64,000 nucleotides of DNA from Polyangiales bacterium. Its GTDB lineage: Bacteria; Myxococcota_A; Polyangia; Polyangiales; Polyangiaceae. This document shows, piece by piece, positions 29,186-39,289 of this stretch. The translations under genes and the position numbers were made by a program. The notes under the pieces are model-generated. The model had not been told where the DNA came from. It saw nothing but the letters and a program-made list of their open reading frames with translations, and ran no database searches. Location: positions 44,841 to 108,840 of the forward strand of contig JBBRLQ010000027.1 in NCBI GenBank assembly GCA_038231275.1, given 5' to 3'. Each line of letters begins with the position of its first letter. Position 1 is the first letter of the stretch.

Positions 29186-30328
29186 GTGCAGCGCGTCCAA
29201 CAGATCCGCGTTCCATTCGACTATCCGGTGGTCTTCACGCGGGGCGCGCTCGACGAGGGCAACACGGCGCTCGCGGACGTCATCGCGCGTCGTGAGCCGG
29301 AGCGACGCCACCGCGCGCTCTTCGTGATCGACGACGGGCTCCTCGCGGCGACGCCCGGCCTCGGCGACGCGGTCGCTCGTTACGCGCGCGCGCACGATGC
29401 GCGTCTGACGCTGAGCGGCGAGCCGCTCGTGGCGCCCGGCGGAGAGCGCGCGAAGAACGAGCACGAGCACACTGACACGGTCCTGGCGCGCATCGAGAAG
29501 GACAAGCTCGATCGCCACGCGTTCGTCGTCGCGATCGGCGGCGGCGCGATGCTCGACATGGTCGGGTACGCGGCGGCGATCGCCCACCGAGGGATCCGCG
29601 TCGTTCGGGTGCCGTCGACGGTGCTCGCGCAAGCAGACAGCGGCGTCGGCGTGAAGTGCGGCGTGAACCGGTTCGGCAAGAAAAACTTTCTCGGGGCCTT
29701 CGCGCCGCCCTTCGCGGTCGTGTGCGACGCCGCGATGCTCGAGACGTTGCACGTGCGCGATCGTCGCGCGGGCATGGCCGAGGCCGTGAAGGTCGCGCTC
29801 GTGAAGGACGCCGGGATGTTCGAGTGGATCGGCGCCAACGCGGGGCGCCTGGCCGCGGGAGACCGCGCCCTCGTCGGCGAGCTCGTGAAGAAGAGCGCGG
29901 ACAAGCACCTGGACCACATCGCGACCGGCGGCGATCCCTTCGAGATGGGCAGCGCACGGCCGCTCGATTTCGGCCACTGGGCTGCTCACAAGCTCGAGTC
30001 GCTCACCGCGAACGCGCTGAAGCACGGCGAGGCGGTGGCGATCGGGCTCGCGCTCGACGCGATCGTCAGCCAAAAGATGCGGCTGTGCGACGGCAGCGTC
30101 CCCGATCGCACGATCGCGACGTTGCGCGCGCTGGGCTTTCGCTTGTGGGACGACGCGCTGGCGCGCCCGGAGCGCGTGCTCGCCGGCCTCGAAGAGTTCC
30201 GCGAGCACCTCGGCGGAGAGCTGACGGTCACGATGCTCACGGAAGCCGGAGTCGGGCGCGAAGTACACCACGTCGACGAGGGCCACGTTCGCGACGCGAT
30301 CGCGCGCCTGCACGAGGAGGATCGATGA
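29186..30328 (+). CDS. eboD: EboD, 3-dehydroquinate synthase-like sugar phosphate cyclase
   Basis: GGE.AKN, IGGGAMLDMVGYAAA.AHRG, QADSGVGVK.GVN.FGKKNFLG, GDPFE.GSARPLDFGHWAAHKLE; ebo context. Confidence 0.85.
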   Translation: MQRVQQIRVPFDYPVVFTRGALDEGNTALADVIARREPERRHRALFVIDDGLLAATPGLGDAVARYARAHDARLTLSGEPLVAPGGERAKNEHEHTDTVLARIEKDKLDRHAFVVAIGGGAMLDMVGYAAAIAHRGIRVVRVPSTVLAQADSGVGVKCGVNRFGKKNFLGAFAPPFAVVCDAAMLETLHVRDRRAGMAEAVKVALVKDAGMFEWIGANAGRLAAGDRALVGELVKKSADKHLDHIATGGDPFEMGSARPLDFGHWAAHKLESLTANALKHGEAVAIGLALDAIVSQKMRLCDGSVPDRTIATLRALGFRLWDDALARPERVLAGLEEFREHLGGELTVTMLTEAGVGREVHHVDEGHVRDAIARLHEEDR

Positions 30329-31479
30329 AGCTCGCCGCGCTCCCCGGAGCACCACACCTGACGTACTGCACGAACATCCACCCTGGCGAGTCGTGGGCCG
30401 ACGTGCACGAGGTGGTGCGGACGAAGGTGTGCGAGGTCAAGGCGAGGGTCTCTCCCGATGCACCGTTCGGCATCGGGTTGCGCCTCTCGGCGCGCGCCGC
30501 GGCGACCTTGGAAGAGCCGGCGGAGCTCGCGCGGTTCCGCGAGACACTGGACGGGGCGGGCCTCTACGTCTTCACGATCAACGGGTTCCCCTACGGCGAT
30601 TTCCACGGGACGCGCGTGAAGGAGACCGTGTACCGACCGGACTGGACCGAGTCGTTACGTGTAGATTACACGCTCCGACTGGCACGCCTCCTCGCGGCGC
30701 TCCTCCCGGCGGACGTGCGGACGGGCAGCGTGAGCACCGTGCCGCTCGGCTTTCGTGCGGCCGGCGCGGCGGGCGTTCGGGGCGCGGCGATGGCGGACGC
30801 GCTGCGGCGGGTCGCGCGGGAGCTGCGCGACCTCGCGCGCCAGACGGGGCGACACGTGACCCTCGCGCTAGAGCCCGAGCCGGCGTGCGCCCTCGAGACG
30901 ACTACGGACGTCGTGCGCTTCTTCGAGGACGTGCTCTTCGCGCGCGCCGCGGCCGACGAAGGGATCGTGCGCGCGCACGTGGGGGTTTGCCTCGACGCGT
31001 GTCACGCCGCCGTCGGGCTCGAGGACCCCAAGGATGCCGTCACGCGGCTCTCTCGCGCGGGCATCACGATCGCGAAGATTCAGCTCACCAACGCGATCGA
31101 GGCGCGCGGACCGGAGGCGCTGGCGGCGCTCGCCCGCTTCGCCGAGGACACGTACCTGCACCAGTGCGTCGTTCGCGGCCAAGACGGCAAGGTGACGCGC
31201 TACCTGGACCTGCCGGAGGCCTTGAAGCACGATCACGGAGCGGACGCCGTGCTCCGCACCCACTTCCATGTACCCATTTTCCTCGAGCGCCTCGGTGCGC
31301 TGAGCGGCACGCAGGGATTCTTGCGCGCGCTTCTCGCGCTCGTGAAGACGCGCGCGCTGAGCGAGCACCTCGAGGTCGAGACGTACACGTGGGACGTCCT
31401 GCCGGCGGAGTATCGACAGCCGAGCATGGTCGACGACATCGCCCGAGAGCTCACGTGGGTGCGCGAGGCGCTGGCGTGA
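30325..31479 (+). CDS. eboE: EboE, TIM-barrel (xylose isomerase-like) protein
   Basis: HLTYCTNIHPGESW, FTINGFPYGDFH..VKE.VY.PDW, LEPEP, YLHQ, HFHVP, HLEVETYTW.VLP; ATGA overlap. Confidence 0.9.
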   Translation: MKLAALPGAPHLTYCTNIHPGESWADVHEVVRTKVCEVKARVSPDAPFGIGLRLSARAAATLEEPAELARFRETLDGAGLYVFTINGFPYGDFHGTRVKETVYRPDWTESLRVDYTLRLARLLAALLPADVRTGSVSTVPLGFRAAGAAGVRGAAMADALRRVARELRDLARQTGRHVTLALEPEPACALETTTDVVRFFEDVLFARAAADEGIVRAHVGVCLDACHAAVGLEDPKDAVTRLSRAGITIAKIQLTNAIEARGPEALAALARFAEDTYLHQCVVRGQDGKVTRYLDLPEALKHDHGADAVLRTHFHVPIFLERLGALSGTQGFLRALLALVKTRALSEHLEVETYTWDVLPAEYRQPSMVDDIARELTWVREALA

Positions 31480-32336
31480 CCGCGCCGAGCAAGCTGACCG
31501 TCTATCTGCGCCTTGGACGCGTGTCGAACCTGCCGACGGTGTGGACCAACACACTCGCCGGCGCACTGCTCGGCGGCGGCGGGGGCGTCCTCCTGGGCAT
31601 CCCGAAGCTCGTCGGCCTCGCCGCGACGATGTCGCTCTTCTACGTCGCGGGGATGTTCCTGAACGACGCGTTCGATCGCGAGATCGACGCGAAGGAGCGC
31701 CCCGCGCGGCCGATCCCGTCAGGTCATGTCCGCGCGAGCGAGGTGTTCTCGGTCGGGTTCGGCGCGCTCGGAGGCGGCGTGGGCCTCCTCTATTGGCAAG
31801 CGGGGCTCGTGGCGGCGCTCTTCGGCGTGCTCCTCGCTGGCAACATCGTGCTCTACGACGCGTGGCACAAGAACAACGCCCTGAGCCCCGTGCTCATGGG
31901 AGGGTGCCGTGTCCTCGTGTACTTCACCGCTGCGGTGGCGGTCGGCTCGCTCAACCTCGCGGTGATCGCCGGCGCGGGTGTCCTCTTCGCGTACCTCATC
32001 GGCCTCACGTATGTCGCGAAGATCGAGGGGAAGAGCGGCGCGGCGCTTTGGCCGCTCGGATTTCTGGCGATCCCGTTCGTGAAGGCGGGTCTCTCGGCGT
32101 GGCGCGACGTCGTGTCATCCGTCTTGTTCGTCGCGCTGCTCGCCCTCGTCGTGCACGCGGTGCGGCTCGTGCGCGAGAAGAAGGCGATCGGCAAGGCGAT
32201 CGTGGCGCTCCTCGCCGGGATCTCGATCCTCGACGCGCTGACGATCGCCGGCGCCGGTCACGCAACGGCTGCGGTGGCGTCGACGTTCGGGTTCTTCGCG
32301 ACGCGCGGGCTACAGCGCTGGGTGGCGGGAACGTGA
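31476..32336 (+). CDS. eboC: EboC-like UbiA-family prenyltransferase
   Basis: RVSNLPTVW, GMFLNDAFDREIDAKERPARPIPSG, YDAWHK, MGGCR; multi-TM; GTGA overlap. Confidence 0.85.
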   Translation: MTAPSKLTVYLRLGRVSNLPTVWTNTLAGALLGGGGGVLLGIPKLVGLAATMSLFYVAGMFLNDAFDREIDAKERPARPIPSGHVRASEVFSVGFGALGGGVGLLYWQAGLVAALFGVLLAGNIVLYDAWHKNNALSPVLMGGCRVLVYFTAAVAVGSLNLAVIAGAGVLFAYLIGLTYVAKIEGKSGAALWPLGFLAIPFVKAGLSAWRDVVSSVLFVALLALVVHAVRLVREKKAIGKAIVALLAGISILDALTIAGAGHATAAVASTFGFFATRGLQRWVAGT

Positions 32337-32900
32337 GCCGGCCGCGCGCAGGTGCCGCGTGAGGACGACGAGCGCGGCCACGTTGAGCGCGCCGGCCGCG
32401 ACGAGCACCTTCATGAGCGGCCCGCCGAGGAGCGCGTCCTTCGCGCCCCACGTGATGTCGAACGATCGACCCGGCGCCCAAAACCCCGCGTAGGTCGTCA
32501 CCGTAAAGGCGCGACGCCAGAGCACGCCGAAGATCATCGCGAGGAGCAGCGTCCACCCGACGGCAAAGACCGCGGTGAGCGTCCGCCCGCGCCCAGCGGA
32601 GATCGCGCGCGCGCCGAGCAGGTATCCCGCGACGTAGAGAGCGACAAGGGCGACCGTCTGCGCCGCGCCCATGGCAAGGAGCCCCGCCGGCGTCGGCTCA
32701 AAGTCGACGACGTACATCGTCTGCCACGCCGGACCCAGCGCCAGCGCGGCCATCGCGCTCGGGACGTAGAGCGCGCCGGTGACGAGCATCCCCTCGCGAA
32801 ACGACGGCTCCACGAAGCGCACGGCGGCGCGCGTGTCCGATCGCAACGCCGCGCAGAACGCGCCGAGCGTGAGCTCGTAGGCGAGATCGAACGAGATCAC
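32310..32900 (-). CDS. Hypothetical membrane protein
   Basis: About 5 hydrophobic segments, PAWQTMY motif; divergent from the GMC gene. Confidence 0.6.
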   Translation of the reverse strand: MISFDLAYELTLGAFCAALRSDTRAAVRFVEPSFREGMLVTGALYVPSAMAALALGPAWQTMYVVDFEPTPAGLLAMGAAQTVALVALYVAGYLLGARAISAGRGRTLTAVFAVGWTLLLAMIFGVLWRRAFTVTTYAGFWAPGRSFDITWGAKDALLGGPLMKVLVAAGALNVAALVVLTRHLRAAGSRSRHPAL

Positions 32901-32989
32901 GGGGTCGCCTCGGCGCGCATTCGGGCCCTTCTTACACCGAATTCAGCGCCCGGGTCACAGGTGACTTGTACTACCGTACCGGCCTTCGG

Positions 32990-34639
32990 ATGAGCGGCAG
33001 CAAGAGGAGGCGCGTGGCGGTGATCGGGTCCGGCTTCGGCGGCGCGATCATGGCCTGCCGCCTGGCCGAATCGGGCCTCTTCGACGTCCAGGTCCTCGAG
33101 CGCGGCGCCCGCTACGGACGCGGCGAATTTCCGCGGCTCCCCGACGCGCTCCCCAAGGCGTTCTGGTCGCCGGAGACCGGCGCGTTCGGACCGCTGGAGT
33201 ACCGCTCGTTCGTGCGCTCGCGCGTCGATGTCCTGACCGCGGCCGGCGTCGGCGGAGGCTCCCTCATTTACTCGAACGTCCTCTACCGGATGCCCGACGC
33301 GTTCTTCGACGCGTGGCCCGGCGGCATTCGTCGTGCGAGGCTCGAACCGTTCTACGATCGCGCGATCGCGATGCTCGAGGCGACGCCGTATCCGGTCGCG
33401 CGCGACGACTGGCCGTATTGGCACGGCACCCCGAAGGCGCGAGCGCTGGCGGAGGCCGCTGCGAAGATCGCCGCGAGCGCGGACGGTCACCCGCACGTCG
33501 CGCTGACGTGGCCGCCCCTCGCGATCCAATTCGGACCCGAGCCCGGAAGAGAGCTGACGAACGCGCAAGGCGTCGCGCAGACGACCTGCGTGATGTGCGG
33601 CGAATGCAACATCGGCTGCAACACCGGCGCGAAGAACACGCTGGACTTGAACTACCTCGCGCGCGCGGAGAAGTACGGCGCGAGGGTGAGGCCGAATGCC
33701 CACGTGCGCAGCGTGGCGCGACGCGCAAAGGAGACCGCTGGCTTCGACCTCCACGTCGCCGATCCAAGACGAGGCCCAGCCGACGCCGGATCGACCGAGT
33801 CGTTCGATCTGGTGGTCCTCGCCGCCGGTTCGCTCGGATCGACCGAGCTCGTGCTCGGCATGCGCGGCGACGTCGAGGTACCTGCGGCGGCCGGGACGCG
33901 GTGGTCTCCGAACGGCGACATCCTCGGCTTCGTGCTCGGCACCGACTGGCCGCTGGAGCCCTCGTCGGGCCCCGTCATCACCGGCGCGCTGCACGTCGAG
34001 TCCGCGCGCTACCCCGACGGCTTCCCCGCGGGCGCGTGGATCGAGGACGGCGGCGTACCGAAATTCCTCGCGTGGTCTGCTCGCAGCCGAGCCACGCGCG
34101 TAGGCGGCGTCGTCGGCGCCGTGCGCGGCCTCGTCGACTACCTCGCGCGCATGGCGACCACGAAGGGCTCCGCGAACGTCGGCGGCGACGTCGGCGCCGT
34201 CCTTTTCGGGACCGGTGGCTTCTCCGACGACACGCTGCTCATGCTCGGAATGGGCCGCGATCGCGCGCGCGGGACGTTGTCGCTCGAGGGCCCCGATCGC
34301 AGGGTCGACCTGAACTGGAGCCCCGGTGAAGGCGAGCTCCACTACCAGCGCGCGCGCAGGGTCATGGACCGCGTCGCCGAGGCGCTCGGCGGCACGTTCG
34401 TCGAGAACCCCCTCGACGATATCCTCTCGCGCTACGTCTCGGTCCACCCGGTGGGCGGCTTGCCGATGGGCGACGACGCGAGCACGGGCGCCGTCGACGC
34501 GCGGACCGCCGAGCTCTTCGGCTGCAAAGATCTCTTCGTGGTCGATGGCAGCATTCTCCCGGAGGCCGTCGGCCCCAACCCTTCCCTCACGATCGCGGCG
34601 CTCGCCGAGATGTACGCCGAGCGGTTGTGCCATGCGTGA
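32990..34639 (+). CDS. GMC oxidoreductase, cholesterol oxidase-like
   Basis: VIGSGFGG, LERG, GVGGGSLIYSNV, C..CGECNIGCN.GAKNTLDLNYL, VHPVGG, VVDGSI.P...GPNPSLTIAALAE. Confidence 0.9.
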   Translation: MSGSKRRRVAVIGSGFGGAIMACRLAESGLFDVQVLERGARYGRGEFPRLPDALPKAFWSPETGAFGPLEYRSFVRSRVDVLTAAGVGGGSLIYSNVLYRMPDAFFDAWPGGIRRARLEPFYDRAIAMLEATPYPVARDDWPYWHGTPKARALAEAAAKIAASADGHPHVALTWPPLAIQFGPEPGRELTNAQGVAQTTCVMCGECNIGCNTGAKNTLDLNYLARAEKYGARVRPNAHVRSVARRAKETAGFDLHVADPRRGPADAGSTESFDLVVLAAGSLGSTELVLGMRGDVEVPAAAGTRWSPNGDILGFVLGTDWPLEPSSGPVITGALHVESARYPDGFPAGAWIEDGGVPKFLAWSARSRATRVGGVVGAVRGLVDYLARMATTKGSANVGGDVGAVLFGTGGFSDDTLLMLGMGRDRARGTLSLEGPDRRVDLNWSPGEGELHYQRARRVMDRVAEALGGTFVENPLDDILSRYVSVHPVGGLPMGDDASTGAVDARTAELFGCKDLFVVDGSILPEAVGPNPSLTIAALAEMYAERLCHA

Positions 34640-35579
34640 TCGCGTCTACGTCTCGCACCGGCTCCTCCGCATCGCATGCGTCGCCGTCGCCGGCGCGGGG
34701 TGTGCGGGCAACCTCGTCACCGCGGTCGGGTACCCTTTGACGTTTCCGATTCTGGGCATCGCGGCGCCGAAGGATCCGCACCTCTTCGTCGTCACGTCGC
34801 TCTTCGCGTTCACGCTGGGTCTCGTGGCGCTCGTCGCGCTGCTTCGACGGCGGGCGGCGTCGCTCCTCGCCCTGGCGATCTTGGGGAACGTCCTCTTCGC
34901 CGCGCCGACGTTCGTGCTCTGCGCGGTCGGCAGGGCAGACCCGTTCTACTACTCGCCGGTGGCGTGGAGCGTCCTCGAGATTCACCTCTTCTTCCTCTTT
35001 TGGATCCAGGCGAAGGGGGAGGCGCTCTTCGCCCTCCAGCTCGACGTCTTCGAGGGCATCGACGTGCCGGCGCGAAGCGGCAGCACGCGGGCGCTCTTGC
35101 TCGGGGTGACAGTCGAAGGGAAATCGGCGCTCGATGGCGTCGGCGCAGGTCTGAAGCGACGCGGCTACGACGTCGACGTCGTCGAGATCGGCGCGGAGCC
35201 TCTCGTGCTGCCCGAGCGACAGGACTGGGATCTCGTCGTCGTCGTGTCGCCGGACGATCGGCTGGCGGCGCCCGCGCGCGTCGAGGAGATCCTTCGCGCG
35301 GCGGCCTACCGCGAGGTCTTCCAGGGGCGCGACGCGGCGGTGATCGTGACGTCGCGCGGCGCGGCGCGGCGCACGATGGCGGCGATCGCGCTGCGGCTCG
35401 AGCGCGCCGGGGCCAACGTCGTCGCCGCGCGCGCGATCGCCGATGCGACCCTTCCGTCGGCGCGCACCGAGCTCGAGAGCCTCGGGGTCAGCCTGGCCGA
35501 TCGTGCGCACACGCGGCCGCATTGGACGCTCCTCCTGCGCGGTCTCCGCAGTGCGCCTGCCGAGGATCGGCATGCCTGA
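34632..35579 (+). CDS. Membrane protein with C-terminal degenerate flavodoxin-like domain
   Basis: About 4 TM N-term; WDLVVVVSP...GRDAAVIVT...LERAGANVV alpha/beta pattern; overlaps GMC stop. Confidence 0.55.
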   Translation: MRDRVYVSHRLLRIACVAVAGAGCAGNLVTAVGYPLTFPILGIAAPKDPHLFVVTSLFAFTLGLVALVALLRRRAASLLALAILGNVLFAAPTFVLCAVGRADPFYYSPVAWSVLEIHLFFLFWIQAKGEALFALQLDVFEGIDVPARSGSTRALLLGVTVEGKSALDGVGAGLKRRGYDVDVVEIGAEPLVLPERQDWDLVVVVSPDDRLAAPARVEEILRAAAYREVFQGRDAAVIVTSRGAARRTMAAIALRLERAGANVVAARAIADATLPSARTELESLGVSLADRAHTRPHWTLLLRGLRSAPAEDRHA

Positions 35580-35973
35580 GCCTCGGCTCGTCGATCTCTT
35601 CGCGCTGTCCCCTACCCATTGGGCACAGTGCACCGCGCTCCTGGCCGCGTTCGCGTCCTCGTGCGCGCTCCTCCGTACCGCGCTGATGCTCGAGGCCGTT
35701 CTCTCGCGCGGCGTGCGGTTGGCGATACGTGTACTTTCCATCCTTCCGAGCCCGGTGGTCGCCGCCGTGCTCGTCCTCAGCGCGGCGCGCTACCCGACGC
35801 GCGCGTGGATGAACCTCGGGCTCGCGACGATCGTGCTCATGGCCTGGTACGCGGGCGCGCTCCTCCCTCGCCTCGTTCGCCCCGACGTCGACCGAGACGA
35901 CACACGCTCGGTGCTCCTCGGCGCGTGCATCGCGCTCGCGACCGGCCTCGTCGCGGCGCTCGTCGTCGGCTGA
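35572..35973 (+). CDS. Small hypothetical membrane protein
   Basis: 4 hydrophobic segments; overlaps upstream stop, operon-like. Confidence 0.55.
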   Translation: MPEPRLVDLFALSPTHWAQCTALLAAFASSCALLRTALMLEAVLSRGVRLAIRVLSILPSPVVAAVLVLSAARYPTRAWMNLGLATIVLMAWYAGALLPRLVRPDVDRDDTRSVLLGACIALATGLVAALVVG

Positions 35974-35978
35974 ACGAG

Positions 35979-38285
35979 ATGCGAGGCGTGACCCCTCCCC
36001 GGCCCACCGCACGAATCGCGTTCGTCGTGGCGGCGATGCTCCTCGGCGCGTTCGTCGACGTGAGCGCCCATGTGCCGAGCCTCGCCGCGAGTCTGCGCGC
36101 CGCCGAGACCGCGACGGTCCTCCAGTACCTCATCCTGGCCGGCGTCTCGATCTTCGCGACGCAGTGGGCCCTGATCCTCGCCGTAAACGTCGTCGCCGGC
36201 TGCGCGTACCTCGTCGCGACGCGACGACGTGCCACGCGGATGCTGGAGACGCGTATCGCGTTCGTCGTCGTCTTCCGGCAGCTCGGCTATCAGCAAGCGC
36301 TCTTTCCGTGGGTGGTCCTCGCGCTCGCCGTCCCGTTGCCGAACGGCGCCCCCGCGTGGACCCTTCGCCTCGCCGCGGTGGCCACTACCTTCGCCCTCGG
36401 CGCCCGCGTCGTCGATCGCGTCGCCGCGCGACTCCGTTCGCCGAGCGCGTCGTCCGACGAGCTTTCCACTTGGCGACGTGCCGTGCGGCGACAGCTCCTC
36501 TTCTTCGGCGCGTCGCTCGTCGGGTTTTTCGGTCTCTTCGCCGTCGCGCCGACACAAGCGACGGTCCTCCTTCCACTGCTCGGCGCCTTCGCCGTCAGCG
36601 TCCCGTTCCGCGTGATCGAGCTCGCCAAGCGGGACCGCGCCGTGGACCCCGACGCTCCTCCGCCGGTTTGGCGACGTTCGATCGCCGCGCGCCGCTACGA
36701 CGTCGCGTTCGTCCTCCTCGCGCAGATCGCCATCGCCGTCACGCTGCGCGCGAAGATCGCCCCCGCCTACGCCGCCGAACAGCGCGACGCCGCAACGCGC
36801 GCGATGGAGGTCCGAACGACCCCTGAAGGACGATCGCCGGCGCGTCCGCCTCCCTCTCCTTCCATTCGCCTGTTCCTCGTGGCCGACAACCATTTTCACG
36901 AGCTCTCCGGCGAGCGCAGCGGCGTCCACCTCGATCTCGCGGATTCGATCGTGCGTGTCGCCGTTCGACCCGTCGAGCTCGATCTGCTGAGCGGCTTCAC
37001 GCTCGCACGCTTCGCGATCGCCCACGCGATGCTGGAGCGATCGCTCGCGGCAGAGCTCCCATGGATCCACCTGGGCGATGACGGAGATCTCGGCTGCAGG
37101 TCCGAGCTCGATCGCCTCGCGCCGTTCGTCGGCGTCTTCGGACGACCGCCGCTCGCCCTGGTCCCCGGCAATCACGACAGCCATTTCGTCGGCAATTTCG
37201 TGTGGCATCCGAGCTGGGACGCCGCGTGCGCGGGGTCGCCACGCGCGACCAATCCGGTTGCCGACACGATCCTCGCGCGAAGCTCGCCGAGCGCTACGAT
37301 CGTACGTCACGCCGGATCCCGCACGGCGCTCGCGGCGGTGCGATCCCTGGGCCGCGTCGCCCAGAGCGACGTGGTCGGCGTCTTCGTGGACACCACCGAC
37401 GATTCGTCGATCGGCGTCGCCGGCGTGCAAGGCGAGATCTCGCCCGCGCAAGAGGCGTTCCTGAAGGGCGAGCTCGCGAAGTGGACTGCGCCTTGGATCG
37501 TGTTCTTCATGCACCATCCGTTCGACGAGCTCACGTGGGGCTCACAACGGTGCCTCGGGCGCCTCGTGACCGGCGCCGCGCGCCCGCTCGCGGTCGTCTC
37601 CGCGCATACCCACCTAGCTGCGCTGCGGAGCGTCACGCTCGCGGGGACCGCAACGCCGGAGCTGGTCATCGGCTCAACGACCGATCCTCCTGCCGAGACC
37701 GCGCTCCTCGAGATCGGCGCGGGCGAGCGCGGCGGCGTGGCGATGCGCCTCCGAACGCTACCCGCGATCGCGCGGGAGGGCGCGACCTGCGGCACCGAGG
37801 CCGACGCGGTGGTCTCGTGGAAAACGTGCGCCGACGTCTTCGCGCGCGCGAAACGAACCTGCGCGGACGTCGTGGGGCACACGGAGACTCCTGTCGAAGC
37901 GCGTCATCCTCAATCGCCCGCCGAGGTGAAAGCCGGCCAGCAAGTCCGCGCGCGGGCGCTCTTGCGGTGCGTGCACGAGCTCGACCTCGTCCCCGATACC
38001 TTCACCGATGCCCCACTCGACGACCCCACGCTGTTCCCGAAGCTCGACGCGCACGCGAAGGCCCTCGCCGCCGACGGTAGCCCCGCCGCGCGCGCGCGCC
38101 TCGACGCGCTCACCTGCTTCGCGTGGGCCGGCTCCGCGCTCCAACGTCACAAGGGCGAGACTGGATGGAGCTACGCGCATGCCCTCGACGTCGCGATGGA
38201 TCCGGCCACCGTCTTCGCCGCCGCCGAGATGACCTACGAGACCGAGGGCGACGTCGGCACGCAGCGCGCGTGCGTGACGAAATAG
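35979..38285 (+). CDS. Membrane-anchored calcineurin-like metallophosphoesterase
   Basis: Multi-TM N-half; ADNHFH, HLGDDGD, PGNHD, MHHP, SAHTH motifs. Confidence 0.75.
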   Translation: MRGVTPPRPTARIAFVVAAMLLGAFVDVSAHVPSLAASLRAAETATVLQYLILAGVSIFATQWALILAVNVVAGCAYLVATRRRATRMLETRIAFVVVFRQLGYQQALFPWVVLALAVPLPNGAPAWTLRLAAVATTFALGARVVDRVAARLRSPSASSDELSTWRRAVRRQLLFFGASLVGFFGLFAVAPTQATVLLPLLGAFAVSVPFRVIELAKRDRAVDPDAPPPVWRRSIAARRYDVAFVLLAQIAIAVTLRAKIAPAYAAEQRDAATRAMEVRTTPEGRSPARPPPSPSIRLFLVADNHFHELSGERSGVHLDLADSIVRVAVRPVELDLLSGFTLARFAIAHAMLERSLAAELPWIHLGDDGDLGCRSELDRLAPFVGVFGRPPLALVPGNHDSHFVGNFVWHPSWDAACAGSPRATNPVADTILARSSPSATIVRHAGSRTALAAVRSLGRVAQSDVVGVFVDTTDDSSIGVAGVQGEISPAQEAFLKGELAKWTAPWIVFFMHHPFDELTWGSQRCLGRLVTGAARPLAVVSAHTHLAALRSVTLAGTATPELVIGSTTDPPAETALLEIGAGERGGVAMRLRTLPAIAREGATCGTEADAVVSWKTCADVFARAKRTCADVVGHTETPVEARHPQSPAEVKAGQQVRARALLRCVHELDLVPDTFTDAPLDDPTLFPKLDAHAKALAADGSPAARARLDALTCFAWAGSALQRHKGETGWSYAHALDVAMDPATVFAAAEMTYETEGDVGTQRACVTK

Positions 38286-38299
38286 GCTTTAAAGCGCGC

Positions 38300-39289
38300 T
38301 CAAAAGCGACCGTCAAGCGACGCGCCGAACGGCGACACACCGACGCGCACCGACGGCGACGTGCTCCCCGTCTTCGACGATCCACCTGACGAGAGCGCGA
38401 GGTACGTCGTGACACCGGCGCCGAGGATCGCGCCGAGGCCGAGGAGATCGGTCACGAGGGCGTCGCGCTTCACCTTCGAGCGCGCGTCGTCGACGTCGGA
38501 GGGCGCGACGCCGTACTGTCCGGCCACGCGATCGAGATCCTTCTTCGCCGACAGCGTGACGAGACCGAAGACGACGGCGCCCGCGGTCAGCGCGCCGGTC
38601 ACTGCTACGCCAATCCATACCGGCGTCGTCGAGCGCGGCTCGGGCGGAGGCTCGACGCGCCGCGGCGGTTCGACTGGCGCAGTCGTCGGACGCGCAGCCG
38701 GCGGCTTGCTCGGCTCGCCGAGATCGATCTTCACGTCGACTCGATCGCCGCCTGCGACGTCGACGGCGCGCGTCGAGGTCGGGTTGGGCGGGAGCACGAC
38801 TTGGATGGTGCGCCGTCCCGCGCTCACGAGGATCGCGTCGGCGAGCGGCGTCTTGCCGATCGACACGTTGTCGAGGAGCACCTCGGCGCCGGGCTGGTCG
38901 ACGACGACGCGGATGTACCCCACGAGCTTCTGGAGGCGCTTGACCTCGTTCTCTGCCGTCGTGCGGCGATCGGCGGGGACCTCGGCTTTGCCTTCCGCGA
39001 GGTACCGCTCGAACGCGCGAAGTCCGCACGCGTAGTCCTGGAGCTCGACGCACGTCTGCCCGATGTTGAACTGGAGCCGAAAATTCGGCGCGGTCTGGTA
39101 GGCGCGGTTGAACTCGATCAGCGCGCCGCGGTAGTCGCCGTCGCGATAGAGCTCGACGCCGCGCTGGAACCGGCTGCGCGCTTCTTCCTTTTGATCGCGC
39201 TCCTGCGCAAAGGCCGGCGGCGAGACGAACGCGGAGGCGACGGCGGCGGAGAGCAGCGCGGCGACGAGGCGAGAGCGACTACGCTTCAT
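38300..39289 (-). CDS. TPR + PEGA domain protein
   Basis: Signal; EARSRFQRGVELY..GDY..AL.EF..AY TPR; GAEVLLDNVSIGKTPL PEGA; C-terminal TM. Confidence 0.85.
   Translation of the reverse strand: MKRSRSRLVAALLSAAVASAFVSPPAFAQERDQKEEARSRFQRGVELYRDGDYRGALIEFNRAYQTAPNFRLQFNIGQTCVELQDYACGLRAFERYLAEGKAEVPADRRTTAENEVKRLQKLVGYIRVVVDQPGAEVLLDNVSIGKTPLADAILVSAGRRTIQVVLPPNPTSTRAVDVAGGDRVDVKIDLGEPSKPPAARPTTAPVEPPRRVEPPPEPRSTTPVWIGVAVTGALTAGAVVFGLVTLSAKKDLDRVAGQYGVAPSDVDDARSKVKRDALVTDLLGLGAILGAGVTTYLALSSGGSSKTGSTSPSVRVGVSPFGASLDGRF

Noticed and set aside
29186..30328. Housekeeping aroB
   Set aside because: The GDPFE.GSARPLDFGHW motif and coupling to eboE/eboC indicate the EboD subfamily; no aroK context.
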